A stretch of DNA of 64,000 nucleotides, taken from an uncultured Thermoleophilia bacterium. Its GTDB lineage: Bacteria; Actinomycetota; Thermoleophilia; UBA2241. The notes beneath the pieces were generated by a model that was given only the letters and a program-made list of their open reading frames with translations, did no database searches and was not told the origin of the DNA. Positions 48,449-58,421 of this stretch are shown here, piece by piece. Numbering within the stretch: the stretch's first letter is position 1; every line of letters begins with the position of its first letter. The DNA lies in contig CAVOMB010000101.1 of assembly GCA_963696935.1 (NCBI GenBank), forward strand, positions 13,020-77,019. The letters are read 5' to 3'. The position numbers and the translations under genes were made by a program.

Positions 48449-48943
48449 CTGAGGAACTGGGACTCCACAACCTGCGGCCGAACCCCGGCTCGACCAAGGC
48501 CACCAAGCGTCTCGGCCGCGGCAAGGGCACCGGCCAGGGCAAGACGGCCGGCAAGGGCCACAAGGGCTACAACGCCCGCTCCGGCGGCGGCGTGCGTCCG
48601 GGCTACGAGGGCGGCCAGATGCCGCTCTACATGCGCCTGGGCAAGCTCCGCGGCCCGAACATCAAGAAGAGCATGCCCATCGGGCCGTTCCGCACCTACG
48701 CGGTGCCGGTCAACGTCGGCCGCCTCGCCAACGCCTTCGAGGCGGGCGAAGAGGTCACCCCGGAGGCGCTCGTCGCCAAGGGCATCGTCAAGAACACCCG
48801 CACGCCGATCAAGGTGCTCGGCGGCGGCGAGCTCGACGGTGGCGCTCACCGTGCGCGTGCACATGTACTCCCGCAGTGCCGTTGAGAAGATCGAGGCGGC
48901 CGGCGGTAAGGCCGAGCTGCCTCTGACCGGCACCGGAGGGTAG
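48445..48943 (+). CDS. rplO: 50S ribosomal protein L15; one single-base insertion near 48847
   Basis: ..[35 protein letters not shown].. then an extra G (GACGGT[G]GCG). The corrected C-terminus ..[33 protein letters not shown] ends at TAG 48941-48943. Confidence 0.85.
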
Positions 48944-48945
48944 CC

Positions 48946-50211
48946 GTGAACAACAAGCTTTGGCAGTCGCTCGCCAACGCGTGGAAGATCCCAGACCTTC
49001 GCACGAAGCTCCTCTTCACGGCGGCGATGCTGGCGATCTACAGGTTCGGCGCCTACGTGCCGGTGCCGGGTGTCGACCTGGCCGCGCTCCAGAAGTTCTT
49101 CGACTCGGGCGCGGCCGGCGTGGTCGGGTTCCTCGACCTGTTCTCGGGCGGCGCGCTCCGGCGTGTCGCCGTGTTCGCGCTCGGCATCATGCCGTACATC
49201 ACGGCGTCGATCATCATGCAGCTCCTCACCGTGGTCATCCCCAAGCTGGAGGAGCTGGCAAAGGAGGGCGAGCAGGGCCAGAAGCAGATCACGAAGTACA
49301 CGCGCTGGCTCACCGTCGGCCTCTCGCTGGTGCAGTCGGCCGGCTACATCGTCCTGTTCCGCCAGTACGACGCGCTGCCCGACCTCAACTGGTGGCGCGC
49401 GGCGCTGATCATGAGCAGCCTCACCACCGGCGCGGTCATCGTCATGTGGCTCGGCGAGCTCATCACCGCGCGCGGCATCGGCAACGGCATGTCGATCATC
49501 ATCTTCATCAGCATCGTCTCCGGGGTCCCGTCGGGCGCCGCTCAGCTGTTCACCATGAGCCTGCTGGCGATCGTGCTCTTCATGGTCATCGCGCTCGCCG
49601 TCGTGGTGGGCGTCATCTGGATCACCACGGGCGAGCGCCGTGTCCCGGTGCAGTACGCCAAGCGGGTGGTCGGACGCCGCATGATGGGCGGGCAAAGCAC
49701 GTTCATCCCGCTCAAGGTGAACATGGCCGGCGTCATCCCGGTCATCTTCGCCTCGTCGGTCATGATGATCATCCCGACGTTCGCCCAGTTCTTCGGCGCC
49801 TCGGGCTTCGGTGGCTGGATCAACCGGACGTTCGGGCCGAGCACGTTCCTCTACATCATCGGCGAGGCCGTCCTCATCGTCATCTTCACGTACTTCTACA
49901 CGGCGGTGACGTTCAACCCCATCGACCAGGCCGACAACCTCAAGAAGTACGGTGGGTTCATCCCCGGCGTGCGGCCCGGCCGGCCGACGGCTGAGTATCT
50001 CGACCGCATCCTGACGCGGCTCACGTTCCCGGGCGCGCTGTTCCTGGCTGCACTGGCCGTGCTGCCGTGGCTCCTCTCGCGCCCGCCGATCAACGTCCCG
50101 TTCTACTTCGGCGGCACGTCGCTCCTGATCGTCGTCGGCGTCGCGCTCGACACGATGCGCCAGATGGAAGCGCAGATGCTCATGCGGCACTACGAGGGCT
50201 TCCTCAAGTAG
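48946..50211 (+). CDS. secY: Preprotein translocase subunit SecY
   Basis: 421 aa, 10 TM, canonical; GTG start. Confidence 0.96.
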   Translation: MNNKLWQSLANAWKIPDLRTKLLFTAAMLAIYRFGAYVPVPGVDLAALQKFFDSGAAGVVGFLDLFSGGALRRVAVFALGIMPYITASIIMQLLTVVIPKLEELAKEGEQGQKQITKYTRWLTVGLSLVQSAGYIVLFRQYDALPDLNWWRAALIMSSLTTGAVIVMWLGELITARGIGNGMSIIIFISIVSGVPSGAAQLFTMSLLAIVLFMVIALAVVVGVIWITTGERRVPVQYAKRVVGRRMMGGQSTFIPLKVNMAGVIPVIFASSVMMIIPTFAQFFGASGFGGWINRTFGPSTFLYIIGEAVLIVIFTYFYTAVTFNPIDQADNLKKYGGFIPGVRPGRPTAEYLDRILTRLTFPGALFLAALAVLPWLLSRPPINVPFYFGGTSLLIVVGVALDTMRQMEAQMLMRHYEGFLK

Positions 50212-50220
50212 GAGACGACG

Positions 50221-50883
50221 ATGACCCAACGCAACGTGATCCTTCTCGGCGGTCCCGGCGCCGGCAAAGGCACCCAGGCCGAGCGCATCGTGGTGGACTT
50301 CAAGCTGCCGCACGTCTCGACCGGTGAGATGCTGCGCGCGGCGGTCGCCAAGGGTACCGAGATGGGCCGCGAGGCGCAGAAGTACATGGAGAGCGGCCAG
50401 CTCGTTCCGGACGAGGTCGTCATCGGCGTGGTCCGAGAGCGCCTGGGCGAGCCCGACGCCGCCGGGGGATTCCTCCTCGACGGCTTCCCGCGCACCGTGC
50501 CGCAGGCCGAGGCGCTCGATGCCATGCTCGCCGACTCGGGCCGTGAGATCACGCACGTGGTGCTCATCGACGTCCCGGTCGACGAGCTCGTGCAGCGCAT
50601 CGCCGGACGGCGCTCGTGCGCCTCGTGCGGCAAGATCTACAACATCACGTTCGACCCGCCCAAGGCCGACGGTGTCTGCGACGTCGACGGCGGTGAGCTT
50701 ACCCAGCGCGCCGACGACAACGAAGAGACGGTGCGCAACCGCATCGCCGTCTACGAGACGCAGACGGCGCCGCTCATCGGGTACTACAAAGAAAAGGGCG
50801 TGCTCAAGAGCGCGTTCGGTGGCGGCAAAGCCCCGAACGAGGTCTATGAGCAGGTCGCCCAGATTCTCTCGAATCGACGCTGA
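50221..50883 (+). CDS. adk: Adenylate kinase (with Cys4 LID domain)
   Basis: ..LLGGPGAGKGTQA.. P-loop; LID ..CASCGKIYNITFDPPKADGVCDVDGGE.. Confidence 0.95.
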   Translation: MTQRNVILLGGPGAGKGTQAERIVVDFKLPHVSTGEMLRAAVAKGTEMGREAQKYMESGQLVPDEVVIGVVRERLGEPDAAGGFLLDGFPRTVPQAEALDAMLADSGREITHVVLIDVPVDELVQRIAGRRSCASCGKIYNITFDPPKADGVCDVDGGELTQRADDNEETVRNRIAVYETQTAPLIGYYKEKGVLKSAFGGGKAPNEVYEQVAQILSNRR

Positions 50884-50903
50884 TTGATTGGAGTTGACGC
50901 TGA

Positions 50904-51677
50904 GTGATAGTACGTAGGTCGGCAGGAGAAGTCGCCAAGATCGCAGCCGCAGGAGCAATCCTCGCGGACTGCCTCGACGCGCTCACGGAGGCGGCCGCGC
51001 CCGGCGTCACCACCGCCGAGCTCGACCGCATGGCGGAGAAGTTCATCCGCCACCACGAGGGTGTGCCGACGTTCCTGGGTTACCGGGGGTTCCCGGCGTC
51101 CATCTGCGCCTCGCCCAACGACATGGTCGTCCACGGCATCCCCGGCAAGTACCGGGTCGCCGAGGGTGACCTGCTCAGCCTGGACGTCGGTGTCACGCTG
51201 GACGGCTACGTTGCCGACTCCGCCGTGACGCTGGGCATGGGGGCCGTCGAGCCGGAGGCCCAGCGCCTGATGGACGTCACGGCCGAGTCGCTCGAGGCCG
51301 GCCTCGCCGAGTGTCGTGAAGGTCGGCGCCTGGGCGACATTTCACATGCCGTCCAGGAGGTCGTCGAGGCTGCCGGGTTCAGCGTGGTTCGCTCCCTGGT
51401 GGGTCACGGTGTCGGCAAGGAGATGCACGAAGATCCACAGATCCCCAACTACGGTGACCCCGGTCGTGGTCCGCGGCTGGAAGAGGGAATGGTGTTCGCC
51501 ATCGAACCGATGGTGGACGTCGGAGCCTACGACGTCGTCGTCGCAGACGACGGGTGGGCGATCCACACGACAGACGGGTCACTGTCGGCGCACTTCGAGC
51601 ACACCGTCGCGGTGGGCAAGAAGGGGCCGCGCGTGCTCACGCGCCGCCGCTCGGAGAGGGGCGGCGCGGGAGCGTAA
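50904..51677 (+). CDS. map: Type I methionine aminopeptidase
   Basis: Metal ligands in ..DVGVTLDGYVADSA.., ..VGHGVGKEMHE.. and ..FAIEPMV..; GTG start. Confidence 0.93.
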   Translation: MIVRRSAGEVAKIAAAGAILADCLDALTEAAAPGVTTAELDRMAEKFIRHHEGVPTFLGYRGFPASICASPNDMVVHGIPGKYRVAEGDLLSLDVGVTLDGYVADSAVTLGMGAVEPEAQRLMDVTAESLEAGLAECREGRRLGDISHAVQEVVEAAGFSVVRSLVGHGVGKEMHEDPQIPNYGDPGRGPRLEEGMVFAIEPMVDVGAYDVVVADDGWAIHTTDGSLSAHFEHTVAVGKKGPRVLTRRRSERGGAGA

Positions 51678-51731
51678 GCAGTCACTACCCGGCGCGGGCC
51701 ACGGCCGCCGCGCCTCCGCGAACGGCGAGGT

Positions 51732-51759
51732 TTGTCACCTCTTCCGTTTGTGGTAGTAT
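51732..51759 (+). promoter_or_regulatory. Predicted promoter for infA-rpmJ-rpsM-rpsK-rpsD-rpoA-rplQ: -35 TTGTCA, 16-nt spacer, -10 TAGTAT
   Basis: TTGTCA at 51732-51737 and TAGTAT at 51754-51759, 32 nt before the infA ATG. Confidence 0.45.
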
Positions 51760-51791
51760 GTCAGGCCGCTGTCTGTCGACGAGTGGGGAGT

Positions 51792-52013
51792 ATGGCGAAC
51801 AAAGAAGAAGCCATCGAGATCGAGGGCGAGGTTGTCGAAGCTCTGCCGAACACGATGTTCCGTGTTCACCTGGACAACAACCACGAAGTGCTCGCTCACA
51901 TCTCGGGCAAGATGCGTATGAACTACATCCGCATCCTGCCCGGCGACAGGGTCAAGGTCGAACTGTCGCCCTACGACCTCAGCAGAGGCAGGATCACGTA
52001 CCGGTTCAAGTAG
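51792..52013 (+). CDS. infA: Translation initiation factor IF-1
   Basis: [73 protein letters not shown]. The track ORF starts upstream at 51732, inside the promoter. Confidence 0.93.
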   Translation: MANKEEAIEIEGEVVEALPNTMFRVHLDNNHEVLAHISGKMRMNYIRILPGDRVKVELSPYDLSRGRITYRFK

Positions 52014-52091
52014 CGGCCCGTATGAGAGGTCGCCCGGAGGCGGTGTGCGAGGGCCGTTAGGCCCTTTGCGCGCGTCCAGCGAGGATCACCG

Positions 52092-52205
52092 ATGAAGGTA
52101 AGAGCATCAGTAAAGCCGATGTGTGAGAAGTGCAAGATCATCCGCCGTCACGGCACGGTGCAGGTGATCTGCTCGAATCCGCGGCATCGTCAGAGGCAGG
52201 GGTAA
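52092..52205 (+). CDS. rpmJ: 50S ribosomal protein L36 (C3H zinc form)
   Basis: [37 protein letters not shown] with GAGGA RBS. Below the ORF-track size cut-off. Confidence 0.9.
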   Translation: MKVRASVKPMCEKCKIIRRHGTVQVICSNPRHRQRQG

Positions 52206-52211
52206 GACCGC

Positions 52212-52583
52212 ATGGCACGTATCGCAGGCGTCAACATCCCGCCGCAGAAGCGGGTCGAGATCGGGCTCACGTACATCTACGGCATCGGCCGCTCGACCTC
52301 GCAGAAGGTCCTCGCCATCGTGGGCATCGATCCCAACACCAAGGTCCGCGATCTGACCGAGGAAGAGATCATCAAGCTGCGCGACGCCATCGACCGTGAG
52401 ATCACGGTAGAGGGCGACCTGCGGCGCGAGCGCTCACAGAACATCAAGCGTCTCATGGACATCGGCTGCTATCGGGGCATCCGCCACCGTCGCGGCATGC
52501 CGGTGAACGGGCAGCGCACACGCACCAACGCGCGCTCCCGCAAGGGTCCGAAGCGGACGATCAGCGGCAAGCGCAAGAAGTGA
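52212..52583 (+). CDS. rpsM: 30S ribosomal protein S13
   Basis: 123 aa, canonical. Confidence 0.95.
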   Translation: MARIAGVNIPPQKRVEIGLTYIYGIGRSTSQKVLAIVGIDPNTKVRDLTEEEIIKLRDAIDREITVEGDLRRERSQNIKRLMDIGCYRGIRHRRGMPVNGQRTRTNARSRKGPKRTISGKRKK

Positions 52584-52611
52584 CCGCAGGATAGCGGAGG
52601 AGTAACGCAGA

Positions 52612-53010
52612 GTGGCTAAGCCCCAAAGAGCTAAAGGTCGTCAGCGCCGCAAGGTCCGCAAGAACATCGCCGTCGGCCAGGCGCACATCAAGACGTCGTT
52701 CAACAACACGCTCGTCACCCTTACCGACAAGGAAGGGAACGTCATTGCGTGGGAGAGCGCCGGGTCCGTGGGTTTCAAGGGGTCGCGCAAGAGCACCCCG
52801 TTCGCGGCCCAGGTGACTGCCGAGTCCTGTGCCAAGAAGGGCATGGAGCACGGCCTGCAGAAGGTCGAGGTCTTCGTCCGCGGGCCGGGATCGGGTCGCG
52901 AGACCGCCGTGCGTTCGCTTCAGGCGGCCGGCCTCGAGATCATCAGTGTCAAAGACGTGACGCCGGTGCCGCACAACGGCTGCCGCCCGCGTAAGCGTCG
53001 CCGGGTCTAG
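52612..53010 (+). CDS. rpsK: 30S ribosomal protein S11
   Basis: 132 aa, canonical; GTG start. Confidence 0.95.
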   Translation: MAKPQRAKGRQRRKVRKNIAVGQAHIKTSFNNTLVTLTDKEGNVIAWESAGSVGFKGSRKSTPFAAQVTAESCAKKGMEHGLQKVEVFVRGPGSGRETAVRSLQAAGLEIISVKDVTPVPHNGCRPRKRRRV

Positions 53011-53021
53011 GGAAGGTCCAA

Positions 53022-53642
53022 GTGGCGAGAGATACGTCAGCACAGTGCAAGGAGTGCCGCCGGGAGGGCGTCAAGCTCTTCCTCAAAGGCGAGCGCTGCC
53101 TCACCGATAAGTGCGCCGTCGAGCGGCGCGCATATCCGCCGGGCGAGCACGGCCGCGGCCGCATCAAGCAGAGCGAGTACCTCCTCCAGTTGCGCGAGAA
53201 GCAAAAGGCGCGCCGTTACTACCAGGTGCTCGAGAAGCAGTTCCATCACTACTACGTGACCGCCAGCCGCAAGGACGGCATCACGGGTGAGAACCTGCTC
53301 AAGCTGCTCGAGATGCGCCTCGACAACGTCGTGTACCGTCTCGGCTTCGGCGCTTCGCGCCGTCAGGCCCGCCAGCTGGTGCGCCATGCGCACTTCACGG
53401 TGAACGGCAAGAAGGTAGATATCCCGTCGTACCAGGTCCGTCCGGACGACGTGGTCGCGGTGCGCTCGAACAGCAAGGCTGTGGAGACCGTGCGCGCTGC
53501 CACCGACCTCACTTCGTCGGTGTCACCCTGGCTCCTGGCCGATCACGACAACCTCACCGGCAAGGTCTTGCGCTCTCCTGAGCGCGACGAGATCGACGCG
53601 CCGGTGCAGGAGCAGCTCATCGTCGAGCTGTACTCCAAGTAA
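53022..53642 (+). CDS. rpsD: 30S ribosomal protein S4 (zinc-binding N-terminus)
   Basis: ..[23 protein letters not shown].. plus a canonical S4 domain. Confidence 0.95.
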   Translation: MARDTSAQCKECRREGVKLFLKGERCLTDKCAVERRAYPPGEHGRGRIKQSEYLLQLREKQKARRYYQVLEKQFHHYYVTASRKDGITGENLLKLLEMRLDNVVYRLGFGASRRQARQLVRHAHFTVNGKKVDIPSYQVRPDDVVAVRSNSKAVETVRAATDLTSSVSPWLLADHDNLTGKVLRSPERDEIDAPVQEQLIVELYSK

Positions 53643-53688
53643 TCCGCTGCAGCAACGTACTCGCGGCGAAGAGGCTATAGGAGGCCAG

Positions 53689-54639
53689 TTGCTACAGTTT
53701 CAGATGCCCAACATCACGCGCGAGCAGCTCGCCGCTAATCGGGCGCGCTTTGAGGTAGAACCGCTCGACCGCGGCTTCGGGCATACGTTCGGCAACGCGT
53801 TGCGTCGGGTCCTGCTCTCCTCGCTCGAGGGCGCAGCGGTCAGTTCCGTCAAGATCGAAGGTGTGGCTCACGAGTTCACGACCATCAAGGGCGTGAAGGA
53901 AGATGTCACCGACATCATCCTCAATCTCAAGGAGCTCGTGTGCAGGTTGCACGGCGAGCTCGACGAGGTCCAGGTCCGGCTCTACAAGGACAAGCCCGGC
54001 AAGGTCGTGGCGGCCGATATCGACATCCCGGCCGAGCTCGAGATCCTCAACCCCGACCACCACATCGCGACGCTGTCCGACGGCGGTGCCATCGAGATGA
54101 TGCTCACCATCCGACGCGGCACGGGCTACGTGGCGCGCCGAGGGCAACAAGACGCCGGAGACGGTCATCGGGGTCATCCCGATCGACTCCATCTTCAGCC
54201 CCATCAAGCGGGTGTCCTACCACGTGGAGAGCGCACGCGTGGGCCAGCGCACCGACTACGACAAGCTCGTTCTCGACATCACGACGAACGGCGCCCTCAT
54301 GCCTGAAGAGGCTCTGCGCGAGGCCGCCGAGCTCCTCGTCGACCGGATGTCGATCTTCACCGACCCGGACCGTACACGCGACGAGCGAGGAGTTCCCGCA
54401 TCGAGGGTCTCTCCACCACGCCGGTCGGCGGCGGCATGGACGACGTGCTCATCGAGGAGCTCGAGCTCGGCGTGCGTTCGTACAACTGCCTCAAGCGCGA
54501 GGGCATCCAGACCGTCGGCGACCTGGTCTCCAAGACCGAGGCCGAGCTGCTCAACATCCCGAACTTCGGCAAGAAGAGCATCGACGAGGTCAAGGACAAG
54601 CTCACCGAGCGCGGGCTCTCACTTCGGGGTGACGAGTAA
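53689..54639 (+). CDS. rpoA: DNA-directed RNA polymerase subunit alpha; frame broken by three single-base insertions (near 54146, 54383, 54397)
   Basis: TTG start after AGGAGG. The [84 protein letters not shown].. is in frame 1 up to ..RRGTGYVA. It continues in the next frame ..[77 protein letters not shown]. The CTD is in the third frame ..[79 protein letters not shown]. Confidence 0.85.
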
Positions 54640-54989
54640 TGCGCCATCAGAACTCAGGCCGCAAGTTCAACATGGCTCCGAGCCAGCGGCGTTCCCTGCT
54701 GTCGGGTCTGGCCTGCCAGGTGCTGGAGCACGAGAAGATCAAGACCGGCGTGAAGCGTGCCAAAGAGGTACGCCCGATGGTCGAAGAGGCCATCACGCTC
54801 GGCAAGCGCGGCGACATCCACGCGCGCCGCCAGGCGATCGCCATGCTGCGCAACAAGAAGATCGTCTACAAGCTCTTCAATGATGTCGCGCCGCGGTATG
54901 CGGACCGCAACGGCGGGTACACGCGCATCATCAAGATCGGGCCGCGCCCCGGCGACGGCAGCGAGCAGGCGTACATCGAGCTGGTCTGA
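54639..54989 (+). CDS. rplQ: 50S ribosomal protein L17
   Basis: 116 aa, canonical. Confidence 0.95.
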   Translation: MRHQNSGRKFNMAPSQRRSLLSGLACQVLEHEKIKTGVKRAKEVRPMVEEAITLGKRGDIHARRQAIAMLRNKKIVYKLFNDVAPRYADRNGGYTRIIKIGPRPGDGSEQAYIELV

Positions 54990-55009
54990 CGGCCGGCTGC
55001 AGATGTTGG

Positions 55010-55055
55010 GACGAAGGGCGGGCGGCCGGAGGGCCTCCCGCCCTTCGTCGTTTTC
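55010..55055 (+). terminator. Rho-independent terminator after rplQ
   Basis: 13-bp stem GACGAAGGGCGGG-N14-CCCGCCCTTCGTC followed by GTTTTCGG. Confidence 0.75.
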
Positions 55056-55066
55056 GGTAGGCTTCC

Positions 55067-55963
55067 ATGGCCATGACGACTTCTGAACCAGAGCCCCGGC
55101 CGGACGGCGGCGAGACGGCGCCGGACGGCGCCCGGGCGCCGCTCATCGACGTGCGCGGCCTGCGCTACCGCTATCCCGGCGCCTTCGGGGAGGCGCTCGC
55201 CGGGCTCACGCTGGCCGTCTCCGCCGGGGAGTTCGTGGCGGTGGTCGGCGCCAACGGGTCGGGCAAGTCCACACTGGCCCGCCTGCTCGGCGGGCTGGAG
55301 AAGCCGGCCGCCGCGAAGCTCGCGGACGCGTGCGGCCACGACCTGCTTGACGACGAGGGGCGGATGTCCGCGCGCCGCGATGTCGGCGTGCTCTTCCAGA
55401 ACCCCGAGAACCAGCTGGTGGCCGAGTGCGTCGAGGACGACGTCGCGTTCGGACTGGAGAACCTCGGCTGGGCGCCCGCCGACATGCGCGCGCGTGTGGA
55501 CGAGATGCTCGAGCGGTTCGGGCTCGCCGAGCTGCGCCGGCGCGAGCCCCACCTGCTTTCCGGCGGCCAGAAACAGCGCACCGCACTGGCCGGCGTGCTC
55601 GCCATCCCTCGCCGGGTGCTTGTGCTCGACGAGCCCACCGCCATGCTCGACCCTGCGGGGCGTGCGGAGGTGCTGCAGGCCGCACGCGAGCTGCGCGAGG
55701 AGGGCCTCGCGATCGTCTACATCACCCAGGAGATGAACGAGGTCGTCGGCGCCGACCGTGTCGTCGCGCTCGAGGCTGGGACAGTGGTGTATGAAGGCGC
55801 GGTGCAGGGGCTGTTCGGCGACGCCGGGCTCGTGCGAGAACTGGGGCTCGGGCTGCCGGCCGCGGGTGAACTTGCGCTCGAGCTCGCCGCGCGCGGACGC
55901 GTCATGACGCCGCTGCCGCTCACCACGGACGGGCTGCTGGCCGCGCTGCGGCAGGTGACGTGA
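55067..55963 (+). CDS. ecfA1: Energy-coupling factor transporter ATPase EcfA1
   Basis: Walker A ..GANGSGKST.., signature ..LSGGQKQRTALA.., Walker B ..VLVLDEPTAMLD.. Confidence 0.9.
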   Translation: MAMTTSEPEPRPDGGETAPDGARAPLIDVRGLRYRYPGAFGEALAGLTLAVSAGEFVAVVGANGSGKSTLARLLGGLEKPAAAKLADACGHDLLDDEGRMSARRDVGVLFQNPENQLVAECVEDDVAFGLENLGWAPADMRARVDEMLERFGLAELRRREPHLLSGGQKQRTALAGVLAIPRRVLVLDEPTAMLDPAGRAEVLQAARELREEGLAIVYITQEMNEVVGADRVVALEAGTVVYEGAVQGLFGDAGLVRELGLGLPAAGELALELAARGRVMTPLPLTTDGLLAALRQVT

Positions 55964-56796
55964 GCAGCGAGGCCCGCGGCATGTCCCTGGCGTGCCGCGT
56001 CGTCGGCTTCAGCTATCAGGAGGCGCAGGCGCCGATCCCGGCCCTGCGCGAGGTGAGCTTCGAGCTCGGCCCGGGGCGGTCGCTGGCGCTGCTCGGCGCC
56101 TCCGGATCGGGCAAGTCGACGCTGCTGCAGGTGGTCAAGGGCCTGGACGCGCCGGAGACCGGCTCGGTGCTGCTGGACGGGGCCGGCGCGGGCGAAGCCG
56201 CCTACGCCGGCCTGCAGTGGCAGGTCGGGCTGGTGTTCCAGACGCCCGAGCTGCAGCTGTTCGCGACGTCGGCGCGGGAGGATGTGGCGTTCGGCCCGCG
56301 CCGTCTGGGCTGGGCGGAGGACGAGGTCACCGCTGCCGTGGATGAAGCACTCGAGCTGGTCGACCTGTCGCCAGACCGCTTCGGCGACCGGCATCCTTAC
56401 GCGCTCTCCGGCGGCGAGCAGCGGCGGCTGGCGCTCGCCGGCGTGCTCGCCATGCGCCCGCGCCTGCTGCTGCTGGACGAGCCGTTCGTCAGCCTCGACC
56501 CGGTGACGCGGCGCGAGCTGGTGACGATCCTCTCCCGGCTGCGCGCCGACGGCGTGACCCTGGTGCTGGCCACGCACGACGTAGACCTCGCCTGGGCGCT
56601 CTGCGACGAGTTGCTCCTGCTCGACGGAGGCCGGGTCGCGGCGGCCGGGGCCTGGGACCTCGGTGACGCCGGCCGCGAGCTGCTCGCCGCCAGCAGGCTG
56701 CGCGAGCCCTTTCTCGTAGAGCTCTGGCGGCGGCTCGGCCGGGACCCCCGAGACGCGCCGCGCACGTACACCGCGGCCGCGGAGGCGCTGGCGTGA
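55960..56796 (+). CDS. ecfA2: Energy-coupling factor transporter ATPase EcfA2
   Basis: Walker A ..GASGSGKST.., signature ..LSGGEQRRLALA..; the start overlaps the ecfA1 stop. Confidence 0.9.
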   Translation: MSSEARGMSLACRVVGFSYQEAQAPIPALREVSFELGPGRSLALLGASGSGKSTLLQVVKGLDAPETGSVLLDGAGAGEAAYAGLQWQVGLVFQTPELQLFATSAREDVAFGPRRLGWAEDEVTAAVDEALELVDLSPDRFGDRHPYALSGGEQRRLALAGVLAMRPRLLLLDEPFVSLDPVTRRELVTILSRLRADGVTLVLATHDVDLAWALCDELLLLDGGRVAAAGAWDLGDAGRELLAASRLREPFLVELWRRLGRDPRDAPRTYTAAAEALA

Positions 56797-57578
56797 AGGC
56801 CGCGATCGCGCAGTACTATCCCGGCGACTCGCCGGTCCACCGCCTCGACGCACGCGCCAAGTTCGTCGCCGTGACGGCGCTGGCCATCGCCCTGTTCGCG
56901 CGCGACTCGTTCGCCGGCCTGGCCGTGTTCGCGGCGGCCGGCGTCGTCGCCTACGGGCTCAGCGGCGTGCCGGCGGCCTGGTTCTGGCGTGCGTTCCGCC
57001 CGCTCCTGTGGCTGGTCGGCCTGACGTTTCTCGCCCAGGTGCTCTTCGCCCCGATCGACAAGGCCTTCGCCAGCTGGTGGATCTTCCACTTCTCGTGGGA
57101 GGGTCTCGAGTTCGCCGCGTTCCTCAGCCTGCGGCTGCTGGTCCTTGTGCTCATCGGGTCCGTGCTGACTCTCACCACGCAGCCGATGGCGCTCACGGAC
57201 GGTCTGGCGTGGCTGGGGCGGCCGCTGAGGAGGCTGCACGTGCCGACGGACGAGCTCGCTCTGATGGTGACGATCGCGCTGCGGTTCATCCCGACGCTCC
57301 TCGTGGAGGTCGATCAGATCATGCGCGCCCAGCGGGCGCGTGGCGCGGACTTCGGCAGCGGAGGCCCCATCAAGCGTGCCAGGGCGCTGGTGCCGGTGCT
57401 GACACCGCTGTTCGTGCTGAGCTTCAGGCGCGCCGACGAGCTGGCGCTCGCCATGGAGGCGCGCTGCTACCGGCCTGGCATCGTCCGCACCCGGCTGCAC
57501 CCGCTGAAGGCCGGTGCCGCGGACCTTGTGCTGCTGGCGGCCACCGCGGCGGTCATAGCGCTCGGCCTGCTCATATAG
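56793..57578 (+). CDS. ecfT: Energy-coupling factor transporter transmembrane subunit EcfT
   Basis: 261-aa polytopic protein of the CbiQ/EcfT family (..RLDARAKFVAVTALAIALF.., conserved ..RARGADF.. coupling motif). Confidence 0.88.
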   Translation: MKAAIAQYYPGDSPVHRLDARAKFVAVTALAIALFARDSFAGLAVFAAAGVVAYGLSGVPAAWFWRAFRPLLWLVGLTFLAQVLFAPIDKAFASWWIFHFSWEGLEFAAFLSLRLLVLVLIGSVLTLTTQPMALTDGLAWLGRPLRRLHVPTDELALMVTIALRFIPTLLVEVDQIMRAQRARGADFGSGGPIKRARALVPVLTPLFVLSFRRADELALAMEARCYRPGIVRTRLHPLKAGAADLVLLAATAAVIALGLLI

Positions 57579-57579
57579 G

Positions 57580-58374
57580 ATGCCGGGCGTGGAAGCGAAG
57601 CCGGAAGAGCTGGAGCCGACGACCTGGCGGCTCGACGTCGCCTACGAGGGCACGGCTTATCGCGGCTGGGCCAAGCAGCCCGGGCACGTCAGCGTGGAGG
57701 GGCTGCTCGAGGACGCCGTTGCCACCCTTCTGCGCGAGCGCGTGCGACTGAGCGTGGCCGGGCGTACGGACGCCGGCGTGCACGCGTGGGCGCAGGTCGT
57801 CTCCTTCGTCTGCGCCCGCACGGACCTCGCGCCGGAGCGGCTACGCCTCTCCCTGAACGCGCTGCTTCCTCCGGACATCGCCGTGCTGCGCGCGGCGCCG
57901 GCGCCGGCCGGCTTCGTCGCCCGCAAGGCGGAGGCGCGCAGCTACCGCTACGACGTGTGGGAGACGGCGGTGAAACCCGTGCGCGAGCGCGGCTTCGTGT
58001 GGGTGCTGCGCGGAGCGCTCGACGGGGCGGCGCTGCGCGCGGCGGCGGCTCTGCTGCCGGGCCGCCGCGACTTCGCCGCCCTCACGCCCTCCGCGCACCT
58101 CTATCACCACTGCGTGCGCGAGGTGACCGAGGCCGTCTGGACCGACGACGGCCCGACACCGGACGGGGAGGGGCGGCGCTGGTGTTTCGAGATCACCGCC
58201 GGCAGCTTCCTGCACAACATGGTCCGCGTCTCGGTCGGCTCGATGGTGGACGTGGCCCAGGGCCGGATGACGCTGGAGGAGTTCGAGGCGGCGCTGGCCT
58301 CCGGCGAGCGCCGCCGCATGGGCCAGACGGCTCCGCCGCGCGGCCTCGCGCTCGTAGCGGTCCGCTACGACTGA
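57580..58374 (+). CDS. truA: tRNA pseudouridine(38-40) synthase TruA
   Basis: ..RLSVAGRTDAGVHAWAQVVSF.. catalytic Asp motif. Canonical position after rplQ-ecfAAT. Confidence 0.92.
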   Translation: MPGVEAKPEELEPTTWRLDVAYEGTAYRGWAKQPGHVSVEGLLEDAVATLLRERVRLSVAGRTDAGVHAWAQVVSFVCARTDLAPERLRLSLNALLPPDIAVLRAAPAPAGFVARKAEARSYRYDVWETAVKPVRERGFVWVLRGALDGAALRAAAALLPGRRDFAALTPSAHLYHHCVREVTEAVWTDDGPTPDGEGRRWCFEITAGSFLHNMVRVSVGSMVDVAQGRMTLEEFEAALASGERRRMGQTAPPRGLALVAVRYD

Positions 58375-58421
58375 CTGCGGATCCGGCGCGGCGCCGGCGG
58401 CTCACTCGCGGCGCCGGCGGC